Below the pieces are notes generated by a model. That model was not told the origin of the DNA and did not search any database. It was given only the letters and a program-made list of their open reading frames with translations. The position numbers were made by a program, and so were the translations under genes. DNA of 64,000 nucleotides from Octopus vulgaris (Eukaryota): contig OX597830.1 of NCBI GenBank assembly GCA_951406725.2, positions 682,001 to 746,000 of the forward strand, read 5' to 3'. Positions within the stretch are counted from its first letter, which is position 1, and the number at the start of each line of letters is the position of its first letter. Positions 1 through 13,805 of the stretch are shown here, one piece after another.

Positions 1-27
1 GAGTTGAATTGAGCAGACACTATATGA

Positions 28-248
28 GAGAGGTTTTCTTTAAGTATTGGAAATAGTTTTTGAAAAAGTTCTTTGAAAAAGTTTTTTTTAGCTGCTATTT
101 CTAATGAGTTCAGTATGCGGCAAAGTAATTTATTTTACTAAGCCCTTTTATATAATGTAATAATTTGAATTCGCCTTAAATGGTCCCTTTGTATACTGAA
201 TACTTGGTGAAATTGATTAATTAATTAATTTTACCCTCAATTGTTGAA
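28..248. mobile_element. Terminal fragment of a (TA)n-inserted, hammerhead-less repeat family (PLE pseudo-LTR-like), internally inverted
   Basis: 28-145 is the reverse complement of 42489-42592; 178-248 matches 42615-42686 directly; ends in (TA)n. Confidence 0.65.
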
Positions 249-1029
249 ATTATATATATATATATATATATACATACATATATATACACACGTATGTATG
301 GGATACATGTTTGTATGATGGTGAAAGATAATGTTGGCGAATCAGAGACGCATCAGAAAGTGGCATCGAATGCCTCACTCTTTCTTCTGCCTCAAACTAA
401 ACTCCCCTGACCTCAACGTTTCCTTTTCCTGTTTTGCTTCTTCGTCTTCTTTACGGCCTCTTCTTCCTCCTCCTCTTCCTCCTACTACTTATTTTTTCTC
501 CTTCATCAACATCACAGTCTTTTCTTTAATGCATATACACTCACGCGAACACACACATACATACACACTCGATTACACTTATATACATACACACATAGAA
601 ATGTGTTTTTGTATGCAAGTATACACGCATGCACACATATCTGTATGCATGTCCGGATGTGTATATATAAGTGTATGTTAGTGTGTGCGCGCGCGAGCAG
701 GTGTTTATATATATATATATATATACAAGTTCAGCAAAATTTAGATTCAAATGAATATAGTACTTAAGTTGCATGCACCAGCATTTTGTATGGTGTTATC
801 CATATAAATCCATGGGGTGATTATAATCACAATAAGCAACGAGAATATCTTCGGTAATTTGGTACGATCGTTTCTCGCTACATCATTTTATTAAACATGT
901 TGAGCAATCATCAGCCATTTACAGAAGTTTTCCATTAATACATAATTTTCATATTAATTGATAACATTATAGAGAGGGTAAATATATAGACAGAGATGTC
1001 GATTTGAATTTTAAGAACATTAAGGTAGT

Positions 1030-1260
1030 AGAATTTATCTTCTGACGGAAGAATATTCTTTAAGTTATTTTGAACTGCTAGAAGGTGGAGAGGTATATTC
1101 AGTTGAATGGAGACAAGAGATTTTCTATTTATAGAAATAGGGGTGAAATAAATGTGAAAAGTTATTCCTAAAGAAATTAAAGTAGAGAGGGCGTTATAAT
1201 GCCCTAGAAGCTGTTTACTGCTATTTGGCGAACAAATTTTGTATCAAGAAAACAAGGTCA
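1030..1260 (+). pseudogene. Very degraded RTE-like reverse transcriptase remnant
   Basis: Reads IKVERGV..P*KLFTA, resembling RGVRQGDxxSPKLFTA; heavily decayed. Confidence 0.3.
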
Positions 1261-3229
1261 ATGCTAGATGGTCAAAATGATCACCTATATACCAAAAAGT
1301 TATAGAGAATACAGAGATTCCTTTATACTTATATAGATCAGAATTATACTTAGCTAGTATTATTTTGATACGTTGGATTAAAGGAAAAATTTTGGAGAAA
1401 AATCGATCATTTATTACGAGTAGGCATAATACTCAATAACTGTGGACAAAAGTCTTATTAAGAAAGTGAATATATTAGGAGTCAAATTTTAGAAAAAATG
1501 GAAAAGGAGTAATCAAGATGAATAATTTTCTTAGGTTTAATAGAAGGTGATTTATTTTTATGAAGAGAAGTAATCAAGAAGAGTAAATTTCTCAGATTTA
1601 GTAGATAGTGAATTGTTATTAATGAATTAAATTAAAGAACCTGTTAGACATAATATTTACTACCCGCGGAGAAAAGCTAATTAGTTAGGTAAAAAATATC
1701 CTGGGTTAATGATATATTAAGAAATGGAAATGAGGTAATCAAGATGAACTGAGTAGTTTCCTAAGGGACATAGAATTTATACTATTTAATATAGGAGATT
1801 ATCAAAAGAAAAAAAAAGAGAATGTAATTCTAAATATGCAATGAAGTTATTTAGTAATCTATGCGTGTTGTATATATATATATGTATATATATATCTTTT
1901 CGAATGTGATTCTAACAGTTTTTACCATAAAACACCAAATATCTGGAATCATCTTTGGAATCGCGCTTCCCCTGGCAATTATTTGGCGATTTCTCTGTTA
2001 TTCTCGTCGGTAAAATTTACTAAATTTGTTGAGAAAGAACCACAGAAGAAAATATTTTATTGCAATGAGGAAAGGAAGTCAGCCGTATTAATTCGGCCTC
2101 CTCACTCTCTCGCTCTTCTCCTTCCTCTTTCTCTTCCTCCGCCTACTTCTCCCGCATTGACAAAAAGTAATTAATTACAATAACAACAAACATAAAAAGC
2201 CCGAAGAGAGAACTACCACATGTAACAACAGCAACGGCGCATAAGCTGCTGCCCAAAATATGATTAACCAGATTGTTTGTGGTTCCGTTGCTGTTGTTCT
2301 TTATAAGTCACCCAAACTCTAATTAATACGTTGGATAACGCTGTTGTTGTGTAATGGTGGGGTGGGCGCGGTGTGTGAGAGCAAGAATTATTCAGGTGAG
2401 GTGTCTGTCTGTGCTTCACGTATGCAACTTGTTGATAAAGACAGCAATACCTTTAGACATAGGCTGCTGTGTGGGGCGGTCTATTCTTTCCGTATGCAAT
2501 CACAATATATATCTACATAAACAGTTTACAGTATATACCACATGATCTTCTCTGTAAATAACAGTATCTAATGACCTTATGCAATATGTAATCTCACCAA
2601 TATTTATATGTAGCTATATAAAATTTATTTTATACGGCAACTTGTGATCTATAGTAACGTTGTTTACATGTCTGAAGTTTTTTTGTTTGTTTACGGTATG
2701 GTGTGGCACAGGAATTTACATGTAACTTAGTGCAGAACAAATATCACGAGTCGTGTCCCCCACAAGTGGAGCATGACCGGGGATTTGTTATTCCCGCGGA
2801 TATGCATCAGTGAAATATGCATACACACACACACACGCGCGCGCGCACACACACACACACATGCACACGCACACACATGCACACACACACACACACACAT
2901 GCACACACATGCACACACATGCACACACATATTTATGATGACACTCGCAAAGTTTTCTTCAGCAAAATCCTTTTCCCAATGCAATGAATAACATGAACCT
3001 TTGATAGAAGTCACTGGTGACACACGGTGACATCAAAACCTGTGCCGAATCCTTTTTGCCACGCAAATATTACTTCCTCTTGTATAAAATTAAGTCACAA
3101 TCACTGATATATGAGAAGAAAGTAAATATAGCAGTAAAAGAACATTTGATGCATTACACGATTCTAAAAATGTGTTCTTGAATTAGTAATTGAAGCTAGG
3201 TCAGAGCATGGCCCTCAACTTTGTGTTGA

Positions 3230-3395
3230 GAATTACGTGGGACCTTGGGCAAGTGTCTTCTGCTATAGTATTGGTCAAACCAAAGGCTTAAAAATCAAAT
3301 AAGTTCTGGAGACGATTCTTTCTACTAAAATTTTTCCAAGGTGGTGTCCCAGCATGGCCGCAGTTTAATGACTGAGAAAAGTAAAAAGTAAAAAA
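3230..3395 (+). mobile_element. Deleted copy of tRNA/CORE-type SINE (family of 18821-19220)
   Basis: ccttgggcaagtgtcttctgctatag core plus ccagcatggccgcagtttaatgactgagaaaagtaaaa tail. Confidence 0.75.
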
Positions 3396-3766
3396 CGTAA
3401 GATCACATTTATTTATATGTTTGGTTTATTATTTAGATTTTAGCTGTAATTTGACTGAGGTTGGGCTGTAGTCTTCATCTGGTTGTGCGATCACAAACAA
3501 AAAGATCCGACGTTGATTTGCCCTAAGCAAAAGACTTTCTGATGGGTTACTAGAGTTGCGCATATGACTCTCTGGGGTGATTCTCTTAAATAATACACAT
3601 AAGAAGGTTGATGGACGTGTCGTTTGTATGTGCTGATAGCTTTATATTGTACTGATAATAGAACAACAGAATACACATTTTGTTAAGCAATAAGAGGTGA
3701 GAGTTAAACACTTCCAGATATTTCAAATTATGTTATATAAAAACAGATGAAAAAGAACAATGCACA

Positions 3767-5008
3767 CAGACATGAGAGAAGTAAATAGACACCCCATAAA
3801 ACATCGTTATGTTTATTTTAACTTAAAAAGGTTTTCATTGTTTATTAATTGACTTTTTATGTTTCAGGGTCTATATATGACTGTTTAATCATGTCCACAT
3901 ACAAGAGAAACCTTGGAACTGACCGAAACTCCAAGGGGCCGTATTGTGGGTTAATTTGAAGGTGGACTTAGTCAACGTAAAATCACAGGAAATATTGGGA
4001 TCCTACCTTCTACAGTTAACAGAGTGATTGTACAATTCTCCAGAGAAGGAAAGGAGTCCGCACCACATTGTCCTGATCGACCAGGGCCCTTTAACAAACC
4101 TTTCAAATTGTTAAGAGAAGCGTGGAGTATAAACCTCGTTGCAAGACCTATAGCATAGCCAAACATCTTGATATCAGTCCCCGAACAGCTGTCAGGTATC
4201 TTCGCAAATTTGGCTACTATAGCAGAGCAGCAAGAAGGAAGCCACTTCTTCAACCAGCCAATGTGAAACGGAAAAAAAGTTTGGGCCAGTGAGATGGTGC
4301 AGAGGTCATTAGCATTTTGAGACACTGCCATATTCTCTGATGAATCCAGATTTGCTGTACTTCCTGACAGTAATCGAGTGTGGGCCTGGAGATTGACCAA
4401 GAAACTGATGTGAAAAAGTTGCAGCCAACAATGGAACGTGGTGGCCATTCTGTGATGGTCTGCGGAGCAATTTGGAGCAATGGTCGATCAGAGCTGGTGG
4501 AGTATGAGAGAAAAATAAACTCAGATAAATATGGGTCCATATTGCAGAAAGGGCGCCTCCCAATCTTCTACAATGGTGAAATTATTAAAGAAAACTCGCT
4601 CTTTGTGGTAGATGAAGATTTTCATATAGCTTAAAAGACCCAAGATTGGTTTGAAGAGAATGGCATTAGAAAGCTTCCATGGCCAAGTCAGTCACCAGAT
4701 GAGCCCTAGTGAACACCGCTGGTGCAAAATGGACAGGACACTCCGTAAAAAGAACAAGAAAATATCCTCAGGTTCGGATATTTTGAGACTATTGCATGAA
4801 ACATGGCATGAAATTCGTTAAGAGAATATTCGCCATTTGATCAGTAGAATGTCTAATAGGGTCCTTGCACTAAAATAATGCAAAGCTCATGTCTACTAAA
4901 TATTAGATATTCACATTATAATAATTAACAAATAATTTGAATGCATAATTTCAGATTTAAATAAATTTTAACGATTATAAGGTTGTCTATTTACTTCTGT
5001 TATGTCTG
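3767..5008 (+). mobile_element. Full-length decayed Tc1-type DNA transposon (about 1.24 kb)
   Basis: 25-bp TIRs cagacatgagagaagtaaatagaca (3767-3791) and tgtctatttacttctgttatgtctg (4984-5008); TA follows the right TIR. Confidence 0.9.
3891..4907 (+). pseudogene. Tc1 DDE transposase pseudogene
   Basis: HTH RGRIVG..GLSQRKI...STVNR, IFSDESRF, SVMVCGAIW, WPSQSPD and terminal STKY*; frameshifts and stops. Confidence 0.9.
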
Positions 5009-6243
5009 TAAATGACTAACTGCATTAATGATTATCGATAGTAGTAGCATCAGCAGCAGTAAAAATGCAACTACGCCGACTACATAAAATTCCACGGTAA
5101 AGTAAATCCTGATTAATTTGCGATAAATTAACACGCTAATTGGGGTCTCCTACTAGTTACCTGGATTACAATAATTTGCTCCCTGTCCTAAACAAGAGTT
5201 TTAAAAACAGCACAGGAACGGATAATATGGTAATGTCGCCCAAGATATAGAAAATATACGCAATAGTGATGGAATGGCTTTCATCATATCTGGTTCATCA
5301 CGGCTAACCTGGGGTGAAACAACACAATGACCACATATCAAATTTCAGTTCTCTCATATTGTTTTTCAGAGAACCAATATTGACTCACATTAATTACAAA
5401 CATATGTAATTCTCTCTTAACTACTTCAAGACCAGCGTAAGGCATTGTGTGATAGGATTGAAACTGGGATCAGTTTGTTACAAAGAGGCTTTCTTAATCA
5501 CAAGGCAAAAGCTATGATTTAGTTTTTAATACTTCCACATAATTCTTTATTTAGGAAATGTTTGGGTTCAGAAAAATCTTTTATTTATTTGGTTCAGTGA
5601 AAATATTTTAATTTACAGAAAATTCTCATTTGAGAGTTGTGTTCTTTGAGATGTGGTTTCGTAAATAAGCAGAGAAAATACTCGTACATAGGTGATTAAC
5701 AGGAACACGTTGACAGATTTTTCAGAGATTTTCATTTCGTCTTCTCACTGTTGTTCAAAGTATTTTTCTTTGAAGCTAAAAATGATTGGAGAATTGCTGT
5801 TTCTGTTTCCAGTATATCAAGTGTGGTGTACGATTGTGAAATTTCCTGAGAATTGTTTGTATTGGCGCTCTTTTTTTTCCAATTGATGTGGTAGTACGTA
5901 TGATTGTACATACAATGACACGCACGCACTTACCCATCATATATTTACATGTGAAGTGGAGATGTATACACGTATACATACACTTATAAAACTATTTTAT
6001 ATATGCCTGTTTCTCCATCACCCTCTCTTCAGTTGTGTGATATATACACACATATACTCATTTCAATCAAACATGTATATATATATATATATAAATAAAT
6101 ACACACATATATATATGTGTGAGTGTGTGTACACACAAATACGCACGCGTGTATATATTTTTGCATAGGTGTATAAATGTGCGTTTGTAAGTGTGCGTGT
6201 GTAAATGCATTCACAAACCGTTACACAGATGTACCTGTTATAC

Positions 6244-6284
<41 letters not shown>

Positions 6285-6833
6285 CTGCTCACAAACGTAC
6301 CTATTGTAAATAATTTAGGTCGGGTTTACTGAGAGGGAAAATAACGAACGATGAAGGCAACTAAAGCAACTGATGTATTATTTGTCTCTCTCTGGCGTAT
6401 TTATTTGGTCGAAATATCTTTTATTGCCAATTTTGGCACCAATATTGTCTGCAGCATTACCAAGTATTTGTATTCTATACCTTTATTGTGTTCTCTTTAT
6501 GAAATCTCATTTTAACAGGAAGAATTTCGCTTTTTATTTTGTGTGTGTGTGTTTTGAATTTCTTTCTCTATGTTTTTAACACTGGGATTTCTATGAAACT
6601 AGTCGAAAATCTGGTAGACTGGTTCATTTTATTCCTGGGTCAAGAGTTCATGACCTATTCTACTGCATGTATTGTGTTCCTGAGTAATGGTTTTGTAATA
6701 TATCCTGGGTATTGGACACATTTATATTAAACTTAGATTGTTCATAGCTTTAGAAAAGAAATGCAGCATGATTGAAATGGCAGGGTACTTTATAAATAAT
6801 GTTTCTGCTCTTTGAGTGTGTGTATATGTGTAT

Positions 6834-6865
<32 letters not shown>

Positions 6866-7062
6866 TGAATAGTTGTAAAGAAAGAAGTTATATTTTATAT
6901 ATTAGAAACATTAATGTGAGATTGAAACGGTCAAAATGTGCCTGACTGATGTGTTCCTCTCTCGATCGAAAATGGAATTCGTTGTTTTCAAACGACAGTA
7001 TATTATTGTCGTGTACACAAATGGTTACTTAATGCATAAATACAAACGCACATACATAATTA

Positions 7063-7138
7063 TACATACACACATACATACATACATACATACATACATA
7101 CATACATACATACATACATACATACATACATACATACA

Positions 7139-7172
<34 letters not shown>

Positions 7173-7190
7173 CATACATACATACATACG
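7063..7190. repeat. (TACA)n microsatellite
   Basis: Direct reading. Confidence 0.95.
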
Positions 7191-7543
7191 CATATAGAGA
7201 TATGTGTGAGTGTAGATGGATAGGTAGACATGGCTAGTGATAGATTGACTGATGCATGTAATCAAACATCCCACTTTCTGTATAAATATCCATATAAATG
7301 CATTTATGTGTGTGCGTGCGTATTTACATATTTGTGTGTGTGTGTATGTATAAGTAAGTACTTATTTGGACTTTGGGTATATGGGGAGTAGTATGCTGAT
7401 TAAAACACTTCCACTGGTTAGGAACCTGATGTCATACACAGTTTTCATATGTCACTGGATCTACCTCACAATTCCACACTGCTCCTTTACTTTATAATGA
7501 ATGAGGGAAATGGAAAACAGAGTTCATGAGAATCCTTATTCAT

Positions 7544-7625
7544 CACTACGATCGTTTCGACCCATTTTCTATTGATCTCTTGCGGGTGGGATACTGTACA
7601 ACTGGTTGTTATGCATCCTCCGGTG
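7544..7625 (-). ncRNA. Degenerate type I hammerhead-like motif
   Basis: Minus strand cac-CGGAGGA...GAAA-cgatcg-TA-gtg; palindromic helix III; core U4 mutated; helix II unclear. Confidence 0.35.
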
Positions 7626-8021
7626 CAGATGCATAGTATCAGGTATCCTGGTTTTAACAACCTACTGTCAACAACATGTCAAATGAAAGCGAGTATATTT
7701 AATGAGGTAACTTCTTTCAAGCAAGACACCTGGTGAGGTGCAGCTACACAAGATAAAGTTCCAAATGTCTGTATTAGTACCTATCCTGTTTCTTATTTCA
7801 AACCTTCACGTTTCGGGAAATTCCTTTATCATCAGTAAGTGTAACACAATGCATACTGTCTTGATGAAATTTGTAGTTCCTTAAAAAGTCACACATCTCA
7901 GGAAGTATCTCTTCGAAGGCGGTAAATATCCAGATTACAATATAATTTTGATAACCTGGTGAGGTACGTTTCAGTAGTTTCTTTCAAAACTGAATCTTTT
8001 AGTTGTGAATATAGACAAAAG

Positions 8022-8190
8022 TTGGCGGACTGGTAGAACCGTTTCTGCGCCAGGCAAAATGCTTAGCAGCATTTCGTCCACCTTTATGTTCTGAGTTCAA
8101 ATTCGGATGAGGTCGACATTAACTTTTTTCCTTTCAGGTTCGATAAAATGAAGTACCACTTGAGCACTGGGGTCGATGTAATCGACTTAC
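8022..8190 (+). mobile_element. Meta-domain tRNA SINE, diverged
   Basis: gttctgagttcaaattc B-box region; tcgataaaatgaagtacc...ctggggtcgatgtaatcgactta. Confidence 0.85.
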
Positions 8191-8329
8191 ACTGTCCTAT
8201 GGTGATTATATCTAATCTAATGTTATTACTCTGAAAGTCAGGCTGTTGGGGAACCTGAAAATAGTGCTGACTGTTACACGGGTTTGTTGCAAAAACGAAT
8301 TGTTCGATTCAATCCTTTACGTTTCATTC

Positions 8330-8712
8330 CGTTGCTAATGCTTTTAATTACGTTGCCAATGCTTTTAATTGCGTTGCCAATGCTTTTAATTGCGTTGCTA
8401 ATGCTTTTAATTGCGTTGCAAAAGCTTTTGCTAATGCTTTTTAATTGCATTGCAAATGTATTTAACTGCGTTGTTAATTCTTTTCAATTGCGTTGCTAAT
8501 GTTTTTTATTTGCGTTGAAAATGCTTTTAATTGCGTTGTAGATGTATTTAATTGCGTTGCGAATGCTTTTGATTCAGTTGCTAATGCTTTTACTTCCATT
8601 ACTAATACTTTTGCTTGTATTACTAATGCTTTAATTGCATTGTTAATGCTTTAATTGCATTGTTAATGCTTTTAATTCCATTGCTAATGCTTTAATTGCG
8701 TTGCTAATGCTT
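8330..8712. repeat. 21-bp tandem minisatellite (cgttgctaatgcttttaattg), about 18 units
   Basis: Direct reading; units abut without spacers. Confidence 0.9.
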
Positions 8713-10384
8713 CCGCTACCGGCATTCTAGACTTGAAAGTTCTGTGAATTGTCGTCGTTTATGTATTTTGTACTTTTAAGCGCTGGTTACATAATTGGAA
8801 AGAAATCCTTCAATGTATCGGTGTCTCTTGCATTTCAAGCTTTCATTATTTGTATTTTTTGTTCTTGAGGGTTAGGGTGTGTGTGAATATATATAAATTG
8901 AAATTAAAAGGAAATTAATGAAATTAATATATACACATATATATACATGTGTATATACACCGAGAACTGCGTTTGTAATGTTGCAATGTTACCGATGTTT
9001 TCCAAAAACATTAAGAACTTTAAAGATATTACTTCGAATTTAATAATATAAAACACATTTCAACTAATTTCCTGTACTTTTGATGATACACTCTGAACAT
9101 TTGTCTATTATCGAAATGTGTATCGAGACGCATTTTTGAGATGGCGCAGAACCTTTGCATTAAAATGCATTTGATTCCCTTTGCCGTATAAAATCACTGA
9201 TATTTTAGTGGTGGGTCATATGGGAACAAACAAATCGGCTTGAACTAACTCTGGACAAAAGAGAACAGTTGAAGCACGAGAGTTGTTTCACGCTTTACCA
9301 ATATGTCACGGTTATGGAGTGGCGCCGCGTAATCCGGGGTCTTTTTGTAGTGTATCATGCGGGTAGTGGTAGTGCATGCCACGTGACTCTTCCATTACAT
9401 TGACGTTTTTATTCAGCTCAGGATTCCAAATAAAATTCCTTTTTGATCAATTGCTTGGAAAAAACTCACTCATTATGAACGACAACTCACACGTGAGCGC
9501 AAACACACAGGCTCAAATACGTTCACATACACTGGCAAGCTCACAAATACACACATATGTATATTTATATATGTACACACACATTCACACACATTCAGAC
9601 ATGTATATAATAAGAGACAAATGGAGCTGGGGAAGCAGTTGACTATATTTGGCCTGACACAACGATGGCTTTTTTGAAAGAAGTCGTTGTCATAGCATAC
9701 GAAGTGTTACCCATTAATTTTGCAATTTCTTTTATCGAACATGAAAGATTAACTGATAAAGAAGACAATTGTACAATTAGAATTGAAAGAAGAGTTGATA
9801 CGGAGTTAGACATAATATGAAATATTTAGTTCAGTGTGAATAACAAACTTTAAGTACATAAGCTAAAAATGCTTGTGGTAGAGTGAAAACCATATCTATA
9901 GTGAATAATATTATACCAGCAATACGGTTTCAAATCCTCACCGAGGTCGGCTTTTACATTTGTAATAATCTATGAAGGCGTATAAAATAAGAACATGGTC
10001 GACTTCCACGTCTCAGTATTTCCCGAAATTGTTGTAAACGTTGTCTGTTCGACGCAATATTAATAAATTAGCACAAATTTATGTGTTTTCATGTCAATAT
10101 CGTTCTTGCATTACTTACTTATGAATGATACAATTTTTCTATAATTATACTGCCTTCACAGGTATTTTGGCTTGTATAGAGGCAGGAATAATGTACTAAT
10201 ATGGTTCCAATAAGAAAGAAACATTTCTGGGTCTATTATGAATAGTTGTCTATCAACAAAAATATTATTCCTTAACTACTGGTTTTCTTATCCTCGTAAT
10301 ATCTTAATTTTCAGTTATCGTTTTAATGCGCCATACATTTTTTTGATTTTAAATCTAATTTCCTTGTTAAGTCTACTAAAATCT

Positions 10385-10960
10385 GAATGCCATAGACGCT
10401 GAAACCATTTACGTTTCCTTGTAAAGACCCGAGGATAATATTTCTAACGCAGACAATTGTTTATTTCATCCTATTAACTTAAAAGCATTTATATTATTGA
10501 ACACTGGAAATAAAACTACAGATCAGATCTGATTGAGTTTCGATCGAAGAAATAAATACTCAATCATAGTTTCTAGACAGTAAGATATGACCAATTATAA
10601 GAATATAATTGAATAATTTATGGCGAATACAAGAACATGCGTAGAATGAATATTGAGGAGAAATTACCTAAGACAGCGCGAGAAGTTTCTTATCTAATAG
10701 TTAATATCGATGATAGGATATAAACGAAGAATTTTGGCAAAATGATGGCGAAAACCTAATAACGTCTGAGAAGACTTTCACTCCTGAAATTGCTTATCTA
10801 TGGTCACGAGAAAGTTGGAACAAGATCCAATATATAAAAGTGGTTATTTAGGCAAAAGGAGCTACAAGTAGTTAGGTCAGTAATTAAAGATTTGGCAATC
10901 ATATGTGAAATCTGAGATGATCGACTTTAAAATTATACGTCAACTTAGACTGCAGACGCT
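10385..10960 (+). pseudogene. Possible hAT (Buster/Charlie-like) transposase remnant
   Basis: Fragments REVSYLI and GENLI resemble the SYxxAxxIA...GExLIxP motif; very degraded. Confidence 0.3.
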
Positions 10961-11016
10961 ACGTATTAATTGTCATTTCTCTTTTACAATATAAAGACTT
11001 ATTAGACTTCTCCTGT

Positions 11017-11118
<102 letters not shown>

Positions 11119-11214
11119 TATGTGTATGTATGAGTGTATATCTGTGTGCTGGTATCAATATTTATATAAATATTTTATGTATATGTATATATATATGTGT
11201 GTGTGGGGAGGGTG

Positions 11215-11495
11215 TACAAATCTCCTCTAACTCTTTGGCCTATATGACTGCGTACACCTTTCAATGCAATGTGTGCGAGAAGGCTTGCAAATCTAACGGA
11301 GGCCTCAAGAGACATTTTAAGATCCACAAATGTCGGAACTTATTTGTAGCTTTTGGTGGTCCAAATCGGAGGAGCAATTTATGTGGGTGTCTTTTCAAAA
11401 CATTGTCTGGCTTTAAAAGTCACATCAGATGCAATGATGGTTCTAAGGTGTAGGTACACGAGGCAGTCAAACTCTGCATAGCGAGTAGACAACCA

Positions 11496-11498
<3 letters not shown>
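11215..11498 (+). mobile_element. 3' end of an RTE-type LINE with two C-terminal C2H2 fingers, ending in (TA)n
   Basis: FQCNVCEKACKSNGGLKRHFKIH...CGCLFKTLSGFKSHIR*, short 3' UTR, then (TA)n at 11499. Confidence 0.65.
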
Positions 11499-11547
<49 letters not shown>

Positions 11548-12353
11548 TATTATTACAAATTTGGTATTTTGCCAATAGAACTGAAATTCCTATTTAAAGA
11601 TAAACTTATTGTATGGAATACACATAGAAAGTTATATCCAATAAAATAATATAAGCATTTAAAAAACCTACTATAAAATACGATAAATTTATTTGGAAAA
11701 ATTTAACTTACCTGTTACTAGTCTGTGGGGAAAGAAGGTATTTCTAATCAACGCTACACTAGAAATAAACCAGAGTGGTGACCGAAATTCGTCTCATCAT
11801 GCCATAATTATTAATCCTTCAGATTTATTGTTAACCAAAATTTAAGATTGAAAGGAAGGGGTTACCAATTACTTAGTCTTTCTCTCTATATAACTGGAAG
11901 CTGTTTAATGAACCAGAGAGATATAGAGAAACTGAAGATGATTCAATCGAAATTTGAACTTGAGAAGAAAGGAAGACAGACTTATGCAGTCTGGCATTTA
12001 TTCTGGTATTCTGCCATTTCTGATATTACATCACTAGAATTATTAACAATAATTACAACAAGCATCGCATTGATATTTCGATACAAATCTCGTCATATCG
12101 TAACGTTTACAAATATAGAGAAAAACACTAGCGCGTAAACTTGCACGCATGCACATATAAATATAAAAACATATACACACACGCACATGCACGCATGTAT
12201 GCCTGCATACACACATTCACACACAAACAAACACACGCATATATAAACAAACATATATAAACATATGCATATATTCATATATGTATATATATATGAATAC
12301 GCATACGTACATATGCTTACAGAGAGAGAGAGAGAGAGAGAAACACGTGTATA

Positions 12354-12404
<51 letters not shown>

Positions 12405-13589
12405 ACTTTCATTGATAGATCAGCAGATGCATATGCTACTTGCGCAGCTGAGCAATAAATCTTCACTTTGTTGTGCTGTCTGCTAATCGTATGTTACCGT
12501 TCATATACAATACAATTAGATAATATCAGCACCGATTTCGCGCGACATTATTACTAATAAGACTGAGGTCAGATTTATATGCGAGATTTTTAATTTGTAT
12601 TTATATTTTTCTGTTACTGCTTCAGCTTGACTATTACGCACCGTAATTTAATAGAAACCTGTTCAAAGGGAATATTTCTGCTGTTTGCCATTGCTTACTT
12701 CTTACAATACATATTAGTTTTGATTGAATTAGTTTAGCGCTCGGTTTGAAAAAGAAAAATTATATGCAAGATATGTCTGCCATTTTGAGTGTGGAAAGAT
12801 ATTTGTTTTTTTTTTTGTCTTTATATTTCTTTGTCTCGTTTTCTTTAATATTACGGTTTTATTAGGAAGAAAGTCAACGCATAAATTTAGTAGGTGAGAC
12901 AAAGCTAATAATAAATTGATAGCGTGGAAAAAATTTATTTCAATTTTCCTGTTGTTTATGTTAAGGCTTCAAATAATCAGATTTATAGAGAATGTAGGTT
13001 TAGCACTAATTTGTAACTGAACATTCTCTTTTAAACGAGTTCAGGTGTATATATTGCAGTAGGTGTATATATTGCAGCTTTAAATCGAATATCTACGAAT
13101 AAAGAGGAATGACAAAAGTAACGTAAACAAATCTAAGCAAAACATTGAAGGGTCGCATTTGATAATAATATTGCTAGCAATCTCCTTCCGATAATTAGGT
13201 TTCACTTAAACAAAATACGAAAGAGAAAGTAATTCAGTTAATGATATAAGTGTTGAACATTAAAAGTATATGTAAGCTCTAATCAGGCTGCATCTGCGAG
13301 AAGATTTCAATTCCAAGTTGCGCCTGATTATGTTCCAGTACTATTATTTGGAGATGCTATTGTGATAAACGAACCATTCAATTCATTCTCCGCCCTCACT
13401 AAATGTGATATTATGTCATACATAATATAAGAGGTGACAGGTTACAATTAACCATGCTTGTCTTGTATCAGGCGCTCGGGCAACACGTAGTCCGTTCGAA
13501 TCTCTAAGCTGTGATTACTTTGTATGACATTGTCCATCCAATCTGAATAAGAAAACGAATGCAATTACAGATGAATATTACAATAAAAA

Positions 13590-13805
13590 TAAGGCAGCGA
13601 GCTGGCAGAGTCGTTAGCACCGTGGACGAAGTGCATAGTTGTATATCGCCCGTCGCTACGTTCTGAGTTCAGATTCCGCCTAGGTCGATTCTGCTTTTCA
13701 TCCTTTCGGGAGCGATAAATTAAGTACTAGTTCTACACTTGGATCAATGTAATAGGCATATCCCTTTCCCCAAAATGGCTATCCTTATGGCAAAATTTGA
13801 AACCA
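13590..13805 (+). mobile_element. Meta-domain tRNA SINE
   Basis: aaggcagcgagctggcagag head; catcctttcggg..gataaattaagtac domain; caaaatttgaaacc tail. Confidence 0.9.

Noticed and set aside
7803-7838. Minus-strand CTGATGA..GAAACGT motif
   Set aside because: The cleavage base is G and helix I does not form.
8284-8712. CRISPR-like array or Leu-rich ORF
   Set aside because: Units are contiguous with no unique spacers, and the context is eukaryotic.
11130-11453. Host C2H2 zinc-finger gene
   Set aside because: No TGEKP linkers, the start lies in a microsatellite, and it ends in a LINE-like tail.
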